Of a stretch of DNA of 64,000 nucleotides, positions 55,289 to 64,000 are shown piece by piece (within the stretch, counting starts at the first letter, position 1; each line of letters begins with the position of its first letter). The DNA lies in assembly GCA_965215605.1 (NCBI GenBank), contig OZ244070.1, positions 2,208,001 to 2,272,000 of the forward strand, in the 5' to 3' direction. This DNA is from an uncultured Candidatus Binatia bacterium (GTDB lineage: Bacteria; Desulfobacterota; Binatia; UBA9968; JAJDTQ01). Under the pieces are notes generated by a model, which searched no databases, was not told the DNA's origin, and saw nothing but the letters and a program-made list of their open reading frames with translations. Both the position numbers and the translations under genes were made by a program.

Positions 55289-57191
55289 GATGGCGCGCGG
55301 GGCCAACTTCAAATGTTTGATGTCGGGAACGGCGCTCACTGCTGGTTATATTCGATCAGAGGCCCAGGCCGGACGTATGGGTTCCCGGTTGATGGCAATC
55401 GTAGCTGAGGGAAATCGCGGGCGAGTCTATCTCGCACCCGTGGCCAATCACGAGGCGATTCCGCGGACGGCAAAGCCAGCGTGGAAACCCGATCTTAAGG
55501 TGCCAACGCCATGCCACGATGTTGACCGTCTTCCGATGTACGGGATGCCGACGTGGGGTGATGCGTTCACTCCCCGCCAGCTCGTTGCGTTGACCACCTT
55601 CTCGGACTTGGTGGGCGAAGCCATCGAGCGGGTCAGAAACGATTACGCGGAGGCGGCCCAATCCATGGCTGACGACGACCGCCCCCTGCGGGACGGCGGC
55701 TCGGGGGCGCGGGCGTATTCCGAGGCAGTGGGAGTGTATCTGGCATTTGCTATCGACAAATTGGCCGATCGGAACTCAACCGTGTGCGCTTGGGCGACTC
55801 TTCGGGAACACGCCCGCAATACATTCGGGCGCCAAGCCCTCCCCATGGTGTGGGACTTCGCTGAAAGCAATCCGTTGTCCAAAGCGAGCGGCAATTTCGA
55901 CGGGGGCATTACATCAATTGTCGCTGCTTTGAGTTCGGTTGTGCCATTGGCATGGGGTAGCGCTACACAGAGCGACGCCCAGTCAGTCAATGACCGGGGC
56001 ATACGGGTCTTTTCTACCGATCCGCCATACTACGACAATGTCGGATATGCTGATCTCTCGGACTTCTTCTACGTTTGGCTGCGTAGAGCAGTTAGATCGA
56101 TCTTCCCTGACATCTTTTCTACCGTGACCGTTCCGAAGTGCGAAGAACTGGTAGCAACCCCATACCGGCATGGCAATAGGGCCAAGGCAGAGGCATTTTT
56201 TCTGTCTGGGATGACAGAAGCCATGAGGGGCTTGGCAGTGCGCTCACACCCTGCCTTCCCAGTGACAATATATTATGCATTCAAACAGTCTGAGACTAAG
56301 GGTGACACAGGTATTTCAAGCACTGGTTGGGAGACGTTCCTGGACGCTGTAATTCGCGCTGGTTTCTCCGTTACGGGCACGTGGCCGATGCACACCGAGC
56401 TAAGTAGGCGAATGGTGGGGAAGGGCACCAACGCCCTGGCATCCAGCATCGTCCTGGTCTGCCGCCCGCGCCCGGACGACGCCCTCCTCGCCACCCGGCG
56501 CGAGTTCGTCGCCGCGCTCAAGGCCGAGCTTCCGCTCGCCCTCGCCCACCTCCAGGCTGGCAACATCGCTCCGGTAGACCTCGCCCAAGCAGCCATCGGA
56601 CCCGGGATGGCGGTTTACACACGCTACGCCAAGGTGTTGGACGCCCAGGGCAGGCCGGTTCCCGTCCGGGATGCGCTGGCGCTCATCAACCAGACGCTCG
56701 ACGAAACCCTTGCCGAGCAGGAAGGCGAGTTTGACGCGGACACCCGCTGGGCGTTGGCATGGTTCGAGCAGCACGGGTTTGGCGAGGGTGAGTACGGCGT
56801 GGCGGAAACGCTCTCCAAGGCCAAGAATACGAGCATCGCGGGCGTCGTCGATGGAGGCATTCTGGACTCCCGCGCCGGGAAGGTTCGGCTTCTGCGGCCC
56901 GCGGAGTTGGCCGATGACTGGGATCCCACCGCGGATTCGCGGCTTACGGTTTGGGAGGCTGTTCACCATCTCGTTCGTGTTCTCGATGCAGGCGGCGAAA
57001 CGGAGGCCGCGCGTCTTCTGAGGCGGTTGGGAGGGGTAGGGGAAACCGCGCGTGAGTTGGCCTACCGGCTTTACAGCATCGCGGAACGAAAGAGCCGGCC
57101 GGCGGAAGCCTTGTCGTACAATGGGCTGGTCCAAAGTTGGCCGGAAATCGTCCGCTTGGCTGGCTCCCCGGAGCAGGCCGAGTTGCTCTGA
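54192..57191 (+). CDS. DUF1156-domain adenine DNA methyltransferase, full length (999 aa)
   Basis: [43 protein letters not shown] (motif I), STDPPYYDN (motif IV); GGAGG RBS. Confidence 0.93.
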   Translation: MEETKKLIEVALPLEAINVASAREKSIRHGHPSTLHLWWARRPLAAARSVIFAQMVDDPSEYVEELLSDADRRQAAEGRLKERLVEREGQRAVAGTELGMGPEPTLEGVAAEQERERLFGLIEELVKWENTTNEVVLERARTEIRRSWRRACARNVDEPRAKELYDREKLPGFHDPFAGGGALPLEAQRLGLEAHASDLNPVAVLINKAMIEIPPRFAGRGPVNPGVRSGGGTGKRTLVEREWKGAQGLAEDVRYYGQWMRDEAEKRIGHLYPKVEVTGEMVRERPDLKRYEGRELTVIAWLWARTVRSPNPAYAEVEVPLASTFMLSTKKGKEAYVEPVIEGRRYRFEVRVGRPKDEEKVKTGTKMARGANFKCLMSGTALTAGYIRSEAQAGRMGSRLMAIVAEGNRGRVYLAPVANHEAIPRTAKPAWKPDLKVPTPCHDVDRLPMYGMPTWGDAFTPRQLVALTTFSDLVGEAIERVRNDYAEAAQSMADDDRPLRDGGSGARAYSEAVGVYLAFAIDKLADRNSTVCAWATLREHARNTFGRQALPMVWDFAESNPLSKASGNFDGGITSIVAALSSVVPLAWGSATQSDAQSVNDRGIRVFSTDPPYYDNVGYADLSDFFYVWLRRAVRSIFPDIFSTVTVPKCEELVATPYRHGNRAKAEAFFLSGMTEAMRGLAVRSHPAFPVTIYYAFKQSETKGDTGISSTGWETFLDAVIRAGFSVTGTWPMHTELSRRMVGKGTNALASSIVLVCRPRPDDALLATRREFVAALKAELPLALAHLQAGNIAPVDLAQAAIGPGMAVYTRYAKVLDAQGRPVPVRDALALINQTLDETLAEQEGEFDADTRWALAWFEQHGFGEGEYGVAETLSKAKNTSIAGVVDGGILDSRAGKVRLLRPAELADDWDPTADSRLTVWEAVHHLVRVLDAGGETEAARLLRRLGGVGETARELAYRLYSIAERKSRPAEALSYNGLVQSWPEIVRLAGSPEQAELL

Positions 57192-57205
57192 CAACAGAGG
57201 CGATC

Positions 57206-57970
57206 ATGAGCAAGGCCGAGGAATTGTTGAAGCGTATCCGCTTGGGTGAGGATTCGACCCTGGAACTCAAGCGCGTGTCCTTGTCCGGCTCCAGAGTGAC
57301 GGACCCGGGTCGCGACGAGTTCGCGGACGAGTTGGGCGCCATGGCCAATGGATGGGGAGGCACGGTGGTGCTCGGGGTCACGGACGGACGGCGTGAGATT
57401 GTGGGGATCCCGTTGGCACAACTGGATGCGGTCGAGACCTGGGTTAGGGAAGTCTGTAACGACTCCATCGTGCCTCCGCTCGACGCGTTGATTCAGAAGC
57501 TGGAGTTGCCGACGCTCGGTGGCGATTTCGTGCCGGTGATCCGTATTGAGGTGGAGCGCAGTCTGTTCGTTCACAAGAGTCCCGGCGGTTATTTCCGCCG
57601 GATTGGCAGCTCGAAACGCGAGCTGTCGCCAGAGAGGCTGGCGCGTCTCTTCCAGGAGCGCAGCCAGACCCGCATGATTCGCTTCGACGAATCACTGATG
57701 CCCGGAACCAGGCCGGAACATCTGGACTACGCCCTGACACGGCGGTTTCTGCGCGAAGACGTTCCGGAAGAGGGTGTGACCGAAGATGCCGCGCACAAGC
57801 TGCGTCTCGTCGGTGATGACGAGGCGGGAGTGGCGAGGCTTACGCTTACCGGCGTACTCCTGTGCACGCGCGAGCCACAGCAATGGCTTCCGCACGCCTA
57901 TGTACAGGCAGTCAGCTACGCCGGTGAACGGACGGATGCGGATTACCAGACCGATGGGGCATGGGAATAG
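57206..57970 (+). pseudogene. AlbA_2/Schlafen-like DNA-binding protein, apparently C-terminally truncated
   Basis: GEDSTLELK, AMANGWGGTVVLGVTD, YFRRIGSS; ends before the EAxxNAxxHRDY ATPase-like segment usual in this family. Confidence 0.65.
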
Positions 57971-58040
57971 GGGTCCGGGCGCAGAAGGGGCGACTTTGTG
58001 GGACGCTACGCGCACCGTTGCGGACTCTGATAGCAGCAGC

Positions 58041-58667
58041 ATGGACGCAGTACCCTGTCCTGTTCTCACCATCGGCCATTCCACTCACCTTGTGGAAGCA
58101 TTCGCCGGCCTCCTGACGCGTTACCAAGTGGCGAAGGTGATGGATGTTCGCTCGACGCCGTACAGCCGCTTCAATCCACAGTTCAATCGTGAGTCGCTGG
58201 CGCGCAGTCTCGCGGAACGCGAGATCGGCTACGTGTTCCTCGGAGTGGAGTTGGGTGGGCGCTCGGACGATCCGTCCTGCTACGAGAACGGGCGCATCCG
58301 CTACGACTGGGTCGCGGCGACCGGGTCGTTCCAGCGAGGACTGGCCCGGGTCTTGCAGGACGCCGTGGGAAATCGCGTGGCGCTGATGTGCGCCGAGAAA
58401 GAGCCGCTGAACTGTCACCGTACCGTGCTGGTGACCCAGGCGCTCGCGGCTCACGGGATCGTAGTCGGCCATATCCTCGCGGACGGCGAACTTGAGACCC
58501 ACGCCAAAGCCATGGAGAGGCTGCTGGCCATTCACGGCGGTGCTCAACAAGCAGACTTGTTCGTCTCGCCTAGTGCTCGAATCGAATGGGCCGTCGCCAG
58601 GCAGGCAGAACGTATCGGGTACAGAAGGCGAGAGAACAGGGAGACTCGCGGAAGCGGCAGGTTGTGA
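58041..58667 (+). CDS. DUF488 family protein
   Basis: TIGHSTH, DVRSTPYSRFNPQFN, ELGGR, LMCAEKEPLNCHR. Confidence 0.9.
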   Translation: MDAVPCPVLTIGHSTHLVEAFAGLLTRYQVAKVMDVRSTPYSRFNPQFNRESLARSLAEREIGYVFLGVELGGRSDDPSCYENGRIRYDWVAATGSFQRGLARVLQDAVGNRVALMCAEKEPLNCHRTVLVTQALAAHGIVVGHILADGELETHAKAMERLLAIHGGAQQADLFVSPSARIEWAVARQAERIGYRRRENRETRGSGRL

Positions 58668-58696
58668 GCCACTACGGCGGTAGCCAAAGATAAAAT

Positions 58697-58715
58697 GTTA
58701 ACCCCAGGGGTTAAC
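58697..58715. promoter_or_regulatory. Perfect palindrome, probable antitoxin operator
   Basis: GTTAACCCC-A-GGGGTTAAC in an AT-rich spacer 18 bp before the toxin start. Confidence 0.65.
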
Positions 58716-58733
58716 TGATTTGACAACTCGTGC

Positions 58734-59072
58734 ATGGAAATATATATCAAGCCTACAAGGCTCAGGAAGCAACTGACGAACGCCAAGGCGATGAGGGTAG
58801 CTCATGGCCCCAAGCGAGCAAAGCTCCTTCAGCAGAGGCTTTCGGAAATCGAGGCATCACCGAATCTCGACGTCCTCAGTCGGCTTCCTGGACCGCGGTT
58901 TCATCCACTTAGGGGAAACCGCCGGGGCCAACTGTCGGTCGACCTCGACCACCCCTATCGGTTGCTCTTTGTTCCGGGCCACGATCCTGTCCCCGAGCTT
59001 CCTGCAGGCGGAACTGATCTCCGGTTGGTTACCAAGATCATCGTCATCGAAATCGCCAATACCCATGAGTAA
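58734..59072 (+). CDS. HigB-like (RelE/ParE superfamily, killer suppression) toxin
   Basis: RFHPLRGNRRGQLSVDLDHPYRLLF; overlaps the downstream antitoxin. Confidence 0.85.
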   Translation: MEIYIKPTRLRKQLTNAKAMRVAHGPKRAKLLQQRLSEIEASPNLDVLSRLPGPRFHPLRGNRRGQLSVDLDHPYRLLFVPGHDPVPELPAGGTDLRLVTKIIVIEIANTHE

Positions 59073-60159
59073 GCAAGAATTCAATCCTGATTACGCCGTC
59101 CCGCCGGGGGAGACCCTGCTCGAAACCATCCATGTGTTGGATCTGACGCAGAAGGAACTGGCTCTGCGCATGGGCCGTCCGGTCAAGACCATTAACGAGA
59201 TCATCAAGGGCGTGGCGGCCATTACGCCCGAGACATCTCTGCAATTGGAGAAAGTAACGGGGGTGCCGGCTTCTTTCTGGAATAATGCAGAGGCCAACTA
59301 CCGCGAGCGTTTGGCGAGGTCGCAGGAACGGCTCCGCATCGAGACGCAGATCGAGTGGCTGAAGCGTTTCTCGTACAGCAAGATGGTCGAATTGCAACTT
59401 GTTCCGGCATCCGTCGACAAGACGGAACGGGTCGAGAACCTGCTCCGGTTCTTTGGCGTGGTCTCGGAAACACAATGGCGCAGTACATATGCCGGTCTGA
59501 CAGGAGCCGCGCGAGAGGCCACCAGACTGAAGAGCGAGATGGGTGACCTGAGCGCTTGGCTGAGGGCTGGCGAATTGGACGCGCGGGAAAGCGTTTGCGA
59601 GAGCTACGATCTGTTGCGGTTCAAGGATGCGCTTTCGGAAATCCGGATCTTGACTCAACGGAGCCCGCCGGATGTATGGGCTGAAGTCTGTCGCCTCTGC
59701 GCGGAAGCCGGTGTTGTGGTTGTACTGGTGCCCGAGCTGCCCAAGACCCACGTCTACGGGTTCACCCGTTGGTTGACCAAGGACAAGGCGTTGATGCAGC
59801 TCAGTCTTCGCTACAAGACCGACGATGTCCTGTGGTTTACTTTCTTTCACGAAGCGGCTCACCTCCTCCTTCACGGAAAGAAGGAGGTTTTCCTGGAGTC
59901 TCGTGGGTCGAGTGACTCAAAGGAAAAGGCGGCCGACCGTTGGGCTGCGAACTTCCTCATCTCCGAGAGGGCCTGGGACGGCTTTGTCGAAACGCTGTCA
60001 CAGCGGGTCTCGGAGAAGGTGGTTCGCGACTTCGCCAATGCCCAACGAATAGCTCCGGGCATCGTCGTAGGTCGGCTCCAGAAGGAAGGGCGACTCAGGC
60101 ATTCGTTCCTGAACAAGCTGAAGCACAGACTTGAAATCGATTGGCCGTATGGCGGCTGA
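59065..60159 (+). CDS. HigA-type XRE HTH antitoxin fused to an ImmA/IrrE metallopeptidase
   Basis: AVPPGETL, TQKELALRMG..INEIIKG..ITPET; WFTFFHEAAH, EKAADRWAANFLI. Confidence 0.88.
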   Translation: MSKQEFNPDYAVPPGETLLETIHVLDLTQKELALRMGRPVKTINEIIKGVAAITPETSLQLEKVTGVPASFWNNAEANYRERLARSQERLRIETQIEWLKRFSYSKMVELQLVPASVDKTERVENLLRFFGVVSETQWRSTYAGLTGAAREATRLKSEMGDLSAWLRAGELDARESVCESYDLLRFKDALSEIRILTQRSPPDVWAEVCRLCAEAGVVVVLVPELPKTHVYGFTRWLTKDKALMQLSLRYKTDDVLWFTFFHEAAHLLLHGKKEVFLESRGSSDSKEKAADRWAANFLISERAWDGFVETLSQRVSEKVVRDFANAQRIAPGIVVGRLQKEGRLRHSFLNKLKHRLEIDWPYGG

Positions 60160-60255
60160 TCAACCTTCCATCAAACCCAGGCCGATCGGGTTGCGCACTA
60201 CACGGATCAATCGCGAGCACACCCGATCCTGACGAAACATGGACCGAGGCGACGG

Positions 60256-63200
60256 ATGGCAATCACGAACCACGAACGGGTCGGCAAGGCGATGGATCTC
60301 CTTCGGGACGGCTTGGCGCCTTTTGTCGAGCGAGAGTTGGTGGGCAAGGACGTTACTGATGGATACGCCACGCCTGCCAAGCCCGTGTCCGACCAGGACG
60401 CCGCGGGACTGCTCAAGCTGATCTGGGACAACTGGCAGTTGGTGTTCCGGAACATACTGGGGAACGCGGAACGGAGTCTCGTGGCGGAATTGCGGGACTG
60501 GCGCAACAAGTGGGCGCATCAGGAAAGCATTTCCGGCGACGATGCCTACCGGGCTCTCGATTCGGCGAGCCGCCTGCTGGCCGCGGTGTCGGCGCCGCAG
60601 TGGGAGGAACTCGACAAGATCAAGAACGAACTCCTGCGGGTCCGTTTTGACGAGCAGGCACGGGGTGAGCGTCGCAAGCAGATGGGCGCCGCCATCGAGA
60701 GTGGCGCGACGGCCGGGCTCAAGCCTTGGCGCGAGGTGATTACGCCACACGGGGATGTGGCCAGTGGCGGCTATCAGCAGGCCGAGTTCGCCGCCGACCT
60801 TTGGCAGGTGCACCTGGGTGAAGGATCTTCCGAGTACCGGGACCCGGTGGAGTTTTTTCGGCGCACGTATCTCACGGAGAGTCTCAAGCGTTTGCTGGTC
60901 AGGGCGGTGCAACGTCTGGCCGGACGGGGCGGCGACCCCGTGGTGGATCTCCAGACCAACTTCGGCGGCGGGAAAACCCACTCCATGCTGGCGCTGTACC
61001 ACCTGTTTTCGGGCGTTTCCCCCGGGGACTTGGCGGACGTCGAACAGATCATGCAGGAGGCGGGTCCGGACCGGCTGCCGTCCGTCACCCGGGTCGTTCT
61101 CGTGGGCAACAAGATCTCTCCCGGCAATCCGTCGATCAAGCACGACGGCACGGCCGTGCGGACCTTGTGGGGTGAGTTGGCTTGGCAACTCGGCGGCAAG
61201 CGGGCGTTCCAGAGGGTGCAGGCTGACGATGAGCGCGCCACGAGTCCCGGAGACGTTCTGCGGGAGCTTCTCAACGAATACGGTCCTTGCCTGATCCTCA
61301 TCGACGAGTGGGTCGCCTACGCGCGCCAACTCCACGATCAAAGCGATCTGCCGGCCGGGAGCTTCGAGACCCAGTTCACCTTTGCCCAGGCGCTCACCGA
61401 GGCAGCCAAGGCGGCGGAAAACTGTTTGTTGGTCATCAGCTTGCCCGCGTCGGATTCCGGCGGTTCGCCCCACGTGGATGACGCAGAGGTGGGCGGTCAG
61501 CGCGGACGCGAGGCCCTTGGGCGGTTGCGCAACGTGGTGGGCCGTGTCGAATCATCGTGGCGGCCCGCCAGTGCCGAGGAGGGCTTTGAAATCGTGCGGC
61601 GACGGTTGTTCGAACCTCTGGCCGACTCCGAGCGGTTCAGGGACCGGGACGTAGTGGCGCGAGCCTTTGCCGATCTGTACCGGACCCAGCACCAGGAGTT
61701 TCCGGTGGAGTGCCGCGACGCGGACTATGAGAAGCGCATCCGCGCGGCCTATCCGATTCATCCTGAAATTTTCGACCGGCTCTATGGCGACTGGTCCACT
61801 CTAGTGAACTTTCAACGCACCCGCGGCGTCCTGCGTCTGATGGCCGCGGTCATCCACAGCCTGTGGGCGACGGGCGACCGAAGCCCGATTATCCTGCCGG
61901 CCAGCATCTCCATCGACGACAGGCAGGTGCAGTTCGAACTGACCCGTTATCTCTCGGACAACTGGACGCCGATTCTCGAAAAGGACGTCGATGGTCCCAG
62001 TTCGCTACCGGTGCAGATCGACGGGCAGATGTCGAATCTGGGTAAATTCTCGGCTACGCGACGCGTGGCGCGCACCATCTACCTCGGCTCGGCGCCCACG
62101 GCGGAGACCGCGAACCGGGGTCTCGATGATCGCCGCGTCAAGCTGGGCTGCGTCTTGCCGGGCGAGTCGCCGGCGGTGTTCGGCGATGCGCTGAGACGCT
62201 TGGCCGGGACGGCCACATACCTCTATCAGGAGGGCACGCGCTACTGGTACTCGACTCAACCGACCGTCACGAAGCTGGCCGAAGACCGTGCCCAGCAACT
62301 GACGCGCGAGCCGGAAAAGGTGGGTTACGAGCTGCGGAACCGCCTCGCCGCCGACCTGAAGCAACGCGGCGATTTCAGCCGCATCCATCCCTTGCCGCAG
62401 TCCGGTCAGGATGTCCCGGATGACCGGGATGCACGTCTGGTGGTGCTGGGTAACGATCAGCCCTACAGCCGAGGGGCTGACAATCCCGCCCAACTCGCCG
62501 CGGCATCCATCCTTGAATCGCGCGGGAGCGCTCCCAGACTGTACCGCAATTCGCTGGTTTTCCTGGCCGCTGACAGGACGCGCCTGCAGGATCTCGACGA
62601 CGCGCTGAGGCGCTATCTCGCCTGGGAATCGATTATGGGCGAGCGGAACGAACTGAACCTGTCGCCGCACCAGGTCAAGCAGGCCGAGACGCAGAAAGAA
62701 GCGGCCTACAGCACGGTCACGGCGCGCCTGCCAGAGACCTACCAGTGGCTTCTGGTGCCCGAGCAACCGAAGCCGCAGAATACCATGGGCTGGCAAGTGA
62801 TCCGGTTGACCAGTCAGGACGCCTTGGCCGTGCGGGCGAGCAAGAGACTCAAAAACGACGAGCAACTGGTCACCGCCTTGGGCGCCAACCGACTTCGCAT
62901 GGAGATGGACAGGATTCCGCTATGGCGTGGCGACCACGTCGAGGTGCGGCAGGTCGTGGACGATTTCGCCCGCTACCCGTACCTGCCGCGTCTCAAGGAC
63001 GCCGATGTCGTGTTGAAAGCCATCACCGATGGAGTCGGGTTCCTCAGTTGGCAGCAGGACTCGTTTGCCTTCGCCGAGGACTACGACAAGGACGGAATGC
63101 GCTACCGTGGCCTCCGGGCCAACCAAATGATGACACTCCCGGACGGGGATTCGTCAGGGTTATTGGTGAAAGCGGAAGCCGCGCGCCGTCAATTCGACGC

Positions 63201-63543
63201 GGAGGCAAAGCCGCCAACGCCACCACCGGTACCCGACACCGACGGCGATGATCCTCCCAAGCCGGATGATCCAGTTGTCAAACCGCCCGACCCACCGGCG
63301 CCCGCTCGGCCAAAGCGCTTCCACGGCACCGTGTTCCTCAATGCCATGCGTGCCGGAGTCGATGCCAGCCAGATCGCCGACGAGGTCATCTCACATCTGG
63401 CGGGTTTGGTCGGAGCCAAGGTCACGGTAACGCTGGAGATCGAAGCAGAGGTTCCCGACGGCGCTCCGGACCACGTGGTTCGGACGGTCACCGAGAACAG
63501 CCGAACGCTGAAGTTCACGAGCCAAGGGTTTGAGGAGGAGTAG
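60256..63543 (+). CDS. DUF499 AAA+ ATPase with N-terminal Swt1-like HEPN domain
   Basis: RNKWAH (Rx4H); KPWREVITPH, AEFAADL, LQTNFGGGKTHSM (Walker A), ILIDEW (Walker B), YPIHPE, FQRTRGVLRLMA; Pro-rich linker. Confidence 0.92.
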   Translation: MAITNHERVGKAMDLLRDGLAPFVERELVGKDVTDGYATPAKPVSDQDAAGLLKLIWDNWQLVFRNILGNAERSLVAELRDWRNKWAHQESISGDDAYRALDSASRLLAAVSAPQWEELDKIKNELLRVRFDEQARGERRKQMGAAIESGATAGLKPWREVITPHGDVASGGYQQAEFAADLWQVHLGEGSSEYRDPVEFFRRTYLTESLKRLLVRAVQRLAGRGGDPVVDLQTNFGGGKTHSMLALYHLFSGVSPGDLADVEQIMQEAGPDRLPSVTRVVLVGNKISPGNPSIKHDGTAVRTLWGELAWQLGGKRAFQRVQADDERATSPGDVLRELLNEYGPCLILIDEWVAYARQLHDQSDLPAGSFETQFTFAQALTEAAKAAENCLLVISLPASDSGGSPHVDDAEVGGQRGREALGRLRNVVGRVESSWRPASAEEGFEIVRRRLFEPLADSERFRDRDVVARAFADLYRTQHQEFPVECRDADYEKRIRAAYPIHPEIFDRLYGDWSTLVNFQRTRGVLRLMAAVIHSLWATGDRSPIILPASISIDDRQVQFELTRYLSDNWTPILEKDVDGPSSLPVQIDGQMSNLGKFSATRRVARTIYLGSAPTAETANRGLDDRRVKLGCVLPGESPAVFGDALRRLAGTATYLYQEGTRYWYSTQPTVTKLAEDRAQQLTREPEKVGYELRNRLAADLKQRGDFSRIHPLPQSGQDVPDDRDARLVVLGNDQPYSRGADNPAQLAAASILESRGSAPRLYRNSLVFLAADRTRLQDLDDALRRYLAWESIMGERNELNLSPHQVKQAETQKEAAYSTVTARLPETYQWLLVPEQPKPQNTMGWQVIRLTSQDALAVRASKRLKNDEQLVTALGANRLRMEMDRIPLWRGDHVEVRQVVDDFARYPYLPRLKDADVVLKAITDGVGFLSWQQDSFAFAEDYDKDGMRYRGLRANQMMTLPDGDSSGLLVKAEAARRQFDAEAKPPTPPPVPDTDGDDPPKPDDPVVKPPDPPAPARPKRFHGTVFLNAMRAGVDASQIADEVISHLAGLVGAKVTVTLEIEAEVPDGAPDHVVRTVTENSRTLKFTSQGFEEE

Positions 63544-63635
63544 TCCTGCAACGCCGATGTCTTGACGAGAACGCTGGTCATCGCAACCATCATGAACTTG
63601 GTGAAGGTGGGGGATGGTCGAGCGGGGAATGAAGT

Positions 63636-64000
63636 CTAGCCAGTTGATTCCCTGGCCTTCTCGAATAGACCGTACATTCTCATGTCGAAGAGCCTGACGG
63701 AGAGGATCTCGGACTTTGGGATCACGATGGTGAAACAATCTGCTATTTCCTCGGCTGTCCGTTGGTCCTTGGCCGAGCGTCTACTGCTGAGCCAATCGTC
63801 GAAGACGTCACCGTAGAAAGTGGTGAAAACCAGTTCGCGTGTGTGTTCGTCTCTGTACCCGCTTACGGTAGGGATCAGGCTAACGTCGGATTCTCCGCCC
63901 GTTGTGATGCCGCTGTTGAGTACCATGCCCACATAAGACTTGCCGCTCCTGAGGGACAATTCTACATGGGCCGAGCGCCCCATTGCCTCCACCAATCGTA
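63636..64000 (-). CDS. Hypothetical protein, 5' part beyond the window
   Basis: Open frame running to the window edge (LRSGKSYVG...LIPTVSGYRD); function not recognised. Confidence 0.55.
   Translation of the reverse strand, partial: RLVEAMGRSAHVELSLRSGKSYVGMVLNSGITTGGESDVSLIPTVSGYRDEHTRELVFTTFYGDVFDDWLSSRRSAKDQRTAEEIADCFTIVIPKSEILSVRLFDMRMYGLFEKARESTG

Noticed and set aside
49636-57191. Diversity-generating retroelement or retron explanation for the paired alleles
   Set aside because: No reverse transcriptase in the window; differences are block-wise and not adenine-specific
63205-63310. Pro/Asp-rich low-complexity stretch
   Set aside because: Ordinary linker before the conserved DUF499 C-terminal domain

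Overview
High-GC bacterial window. The housekeeping core (fabI, GAF-ptsP, folE, pepA, trxA, mreBCD-mrdA-rodA, SurA/PpiD-like, gloA, Tct transporters, several catabolic enzymes) looks like a deltaproteobacterial/Binatia-type organism; that placement is inference only. Two defence islands flank the core, and each looks like a recombinase-driven specificity switch. (1) About 2.1-14.4 kb: a PLD-SNF2 helicase and an N6-adenine methyltransferase with a TaqI-like C-terminal TRD. An inverted, start-less alternative TRD cassette shares a 134-bp perfect repeat with the gene, and a Cre-like tyrosine recombinase is adjacent. The expressed copy is currently broken by three nested ISs (IS630, IS5-like, IS3). 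(2) About 45.4-63.5 kb: a DUF499/DUF1156/SNF2-DUF3883 restriction-like (BREX-related) system. Its DUF1156 methyltransferase has an inverted, C-terminally truncated second allele. The alleles share three repeat blocks (1118 bp identical, 114 bp identical, and a near-identical 3' block) separated by divergent segments, and two tandem tyrosine recombinases sit between them, making this a candidate combinatorial shufflon. The constant blocks and the ISs show a marked left-G/right-C strand skew. An IS630-type MITE, IS remnants and a HigBA-ImmA module are also present. No CRISPR array, rRNA or intact tRNA was seen. All family calls come from motif recognition by eye, not database searches.
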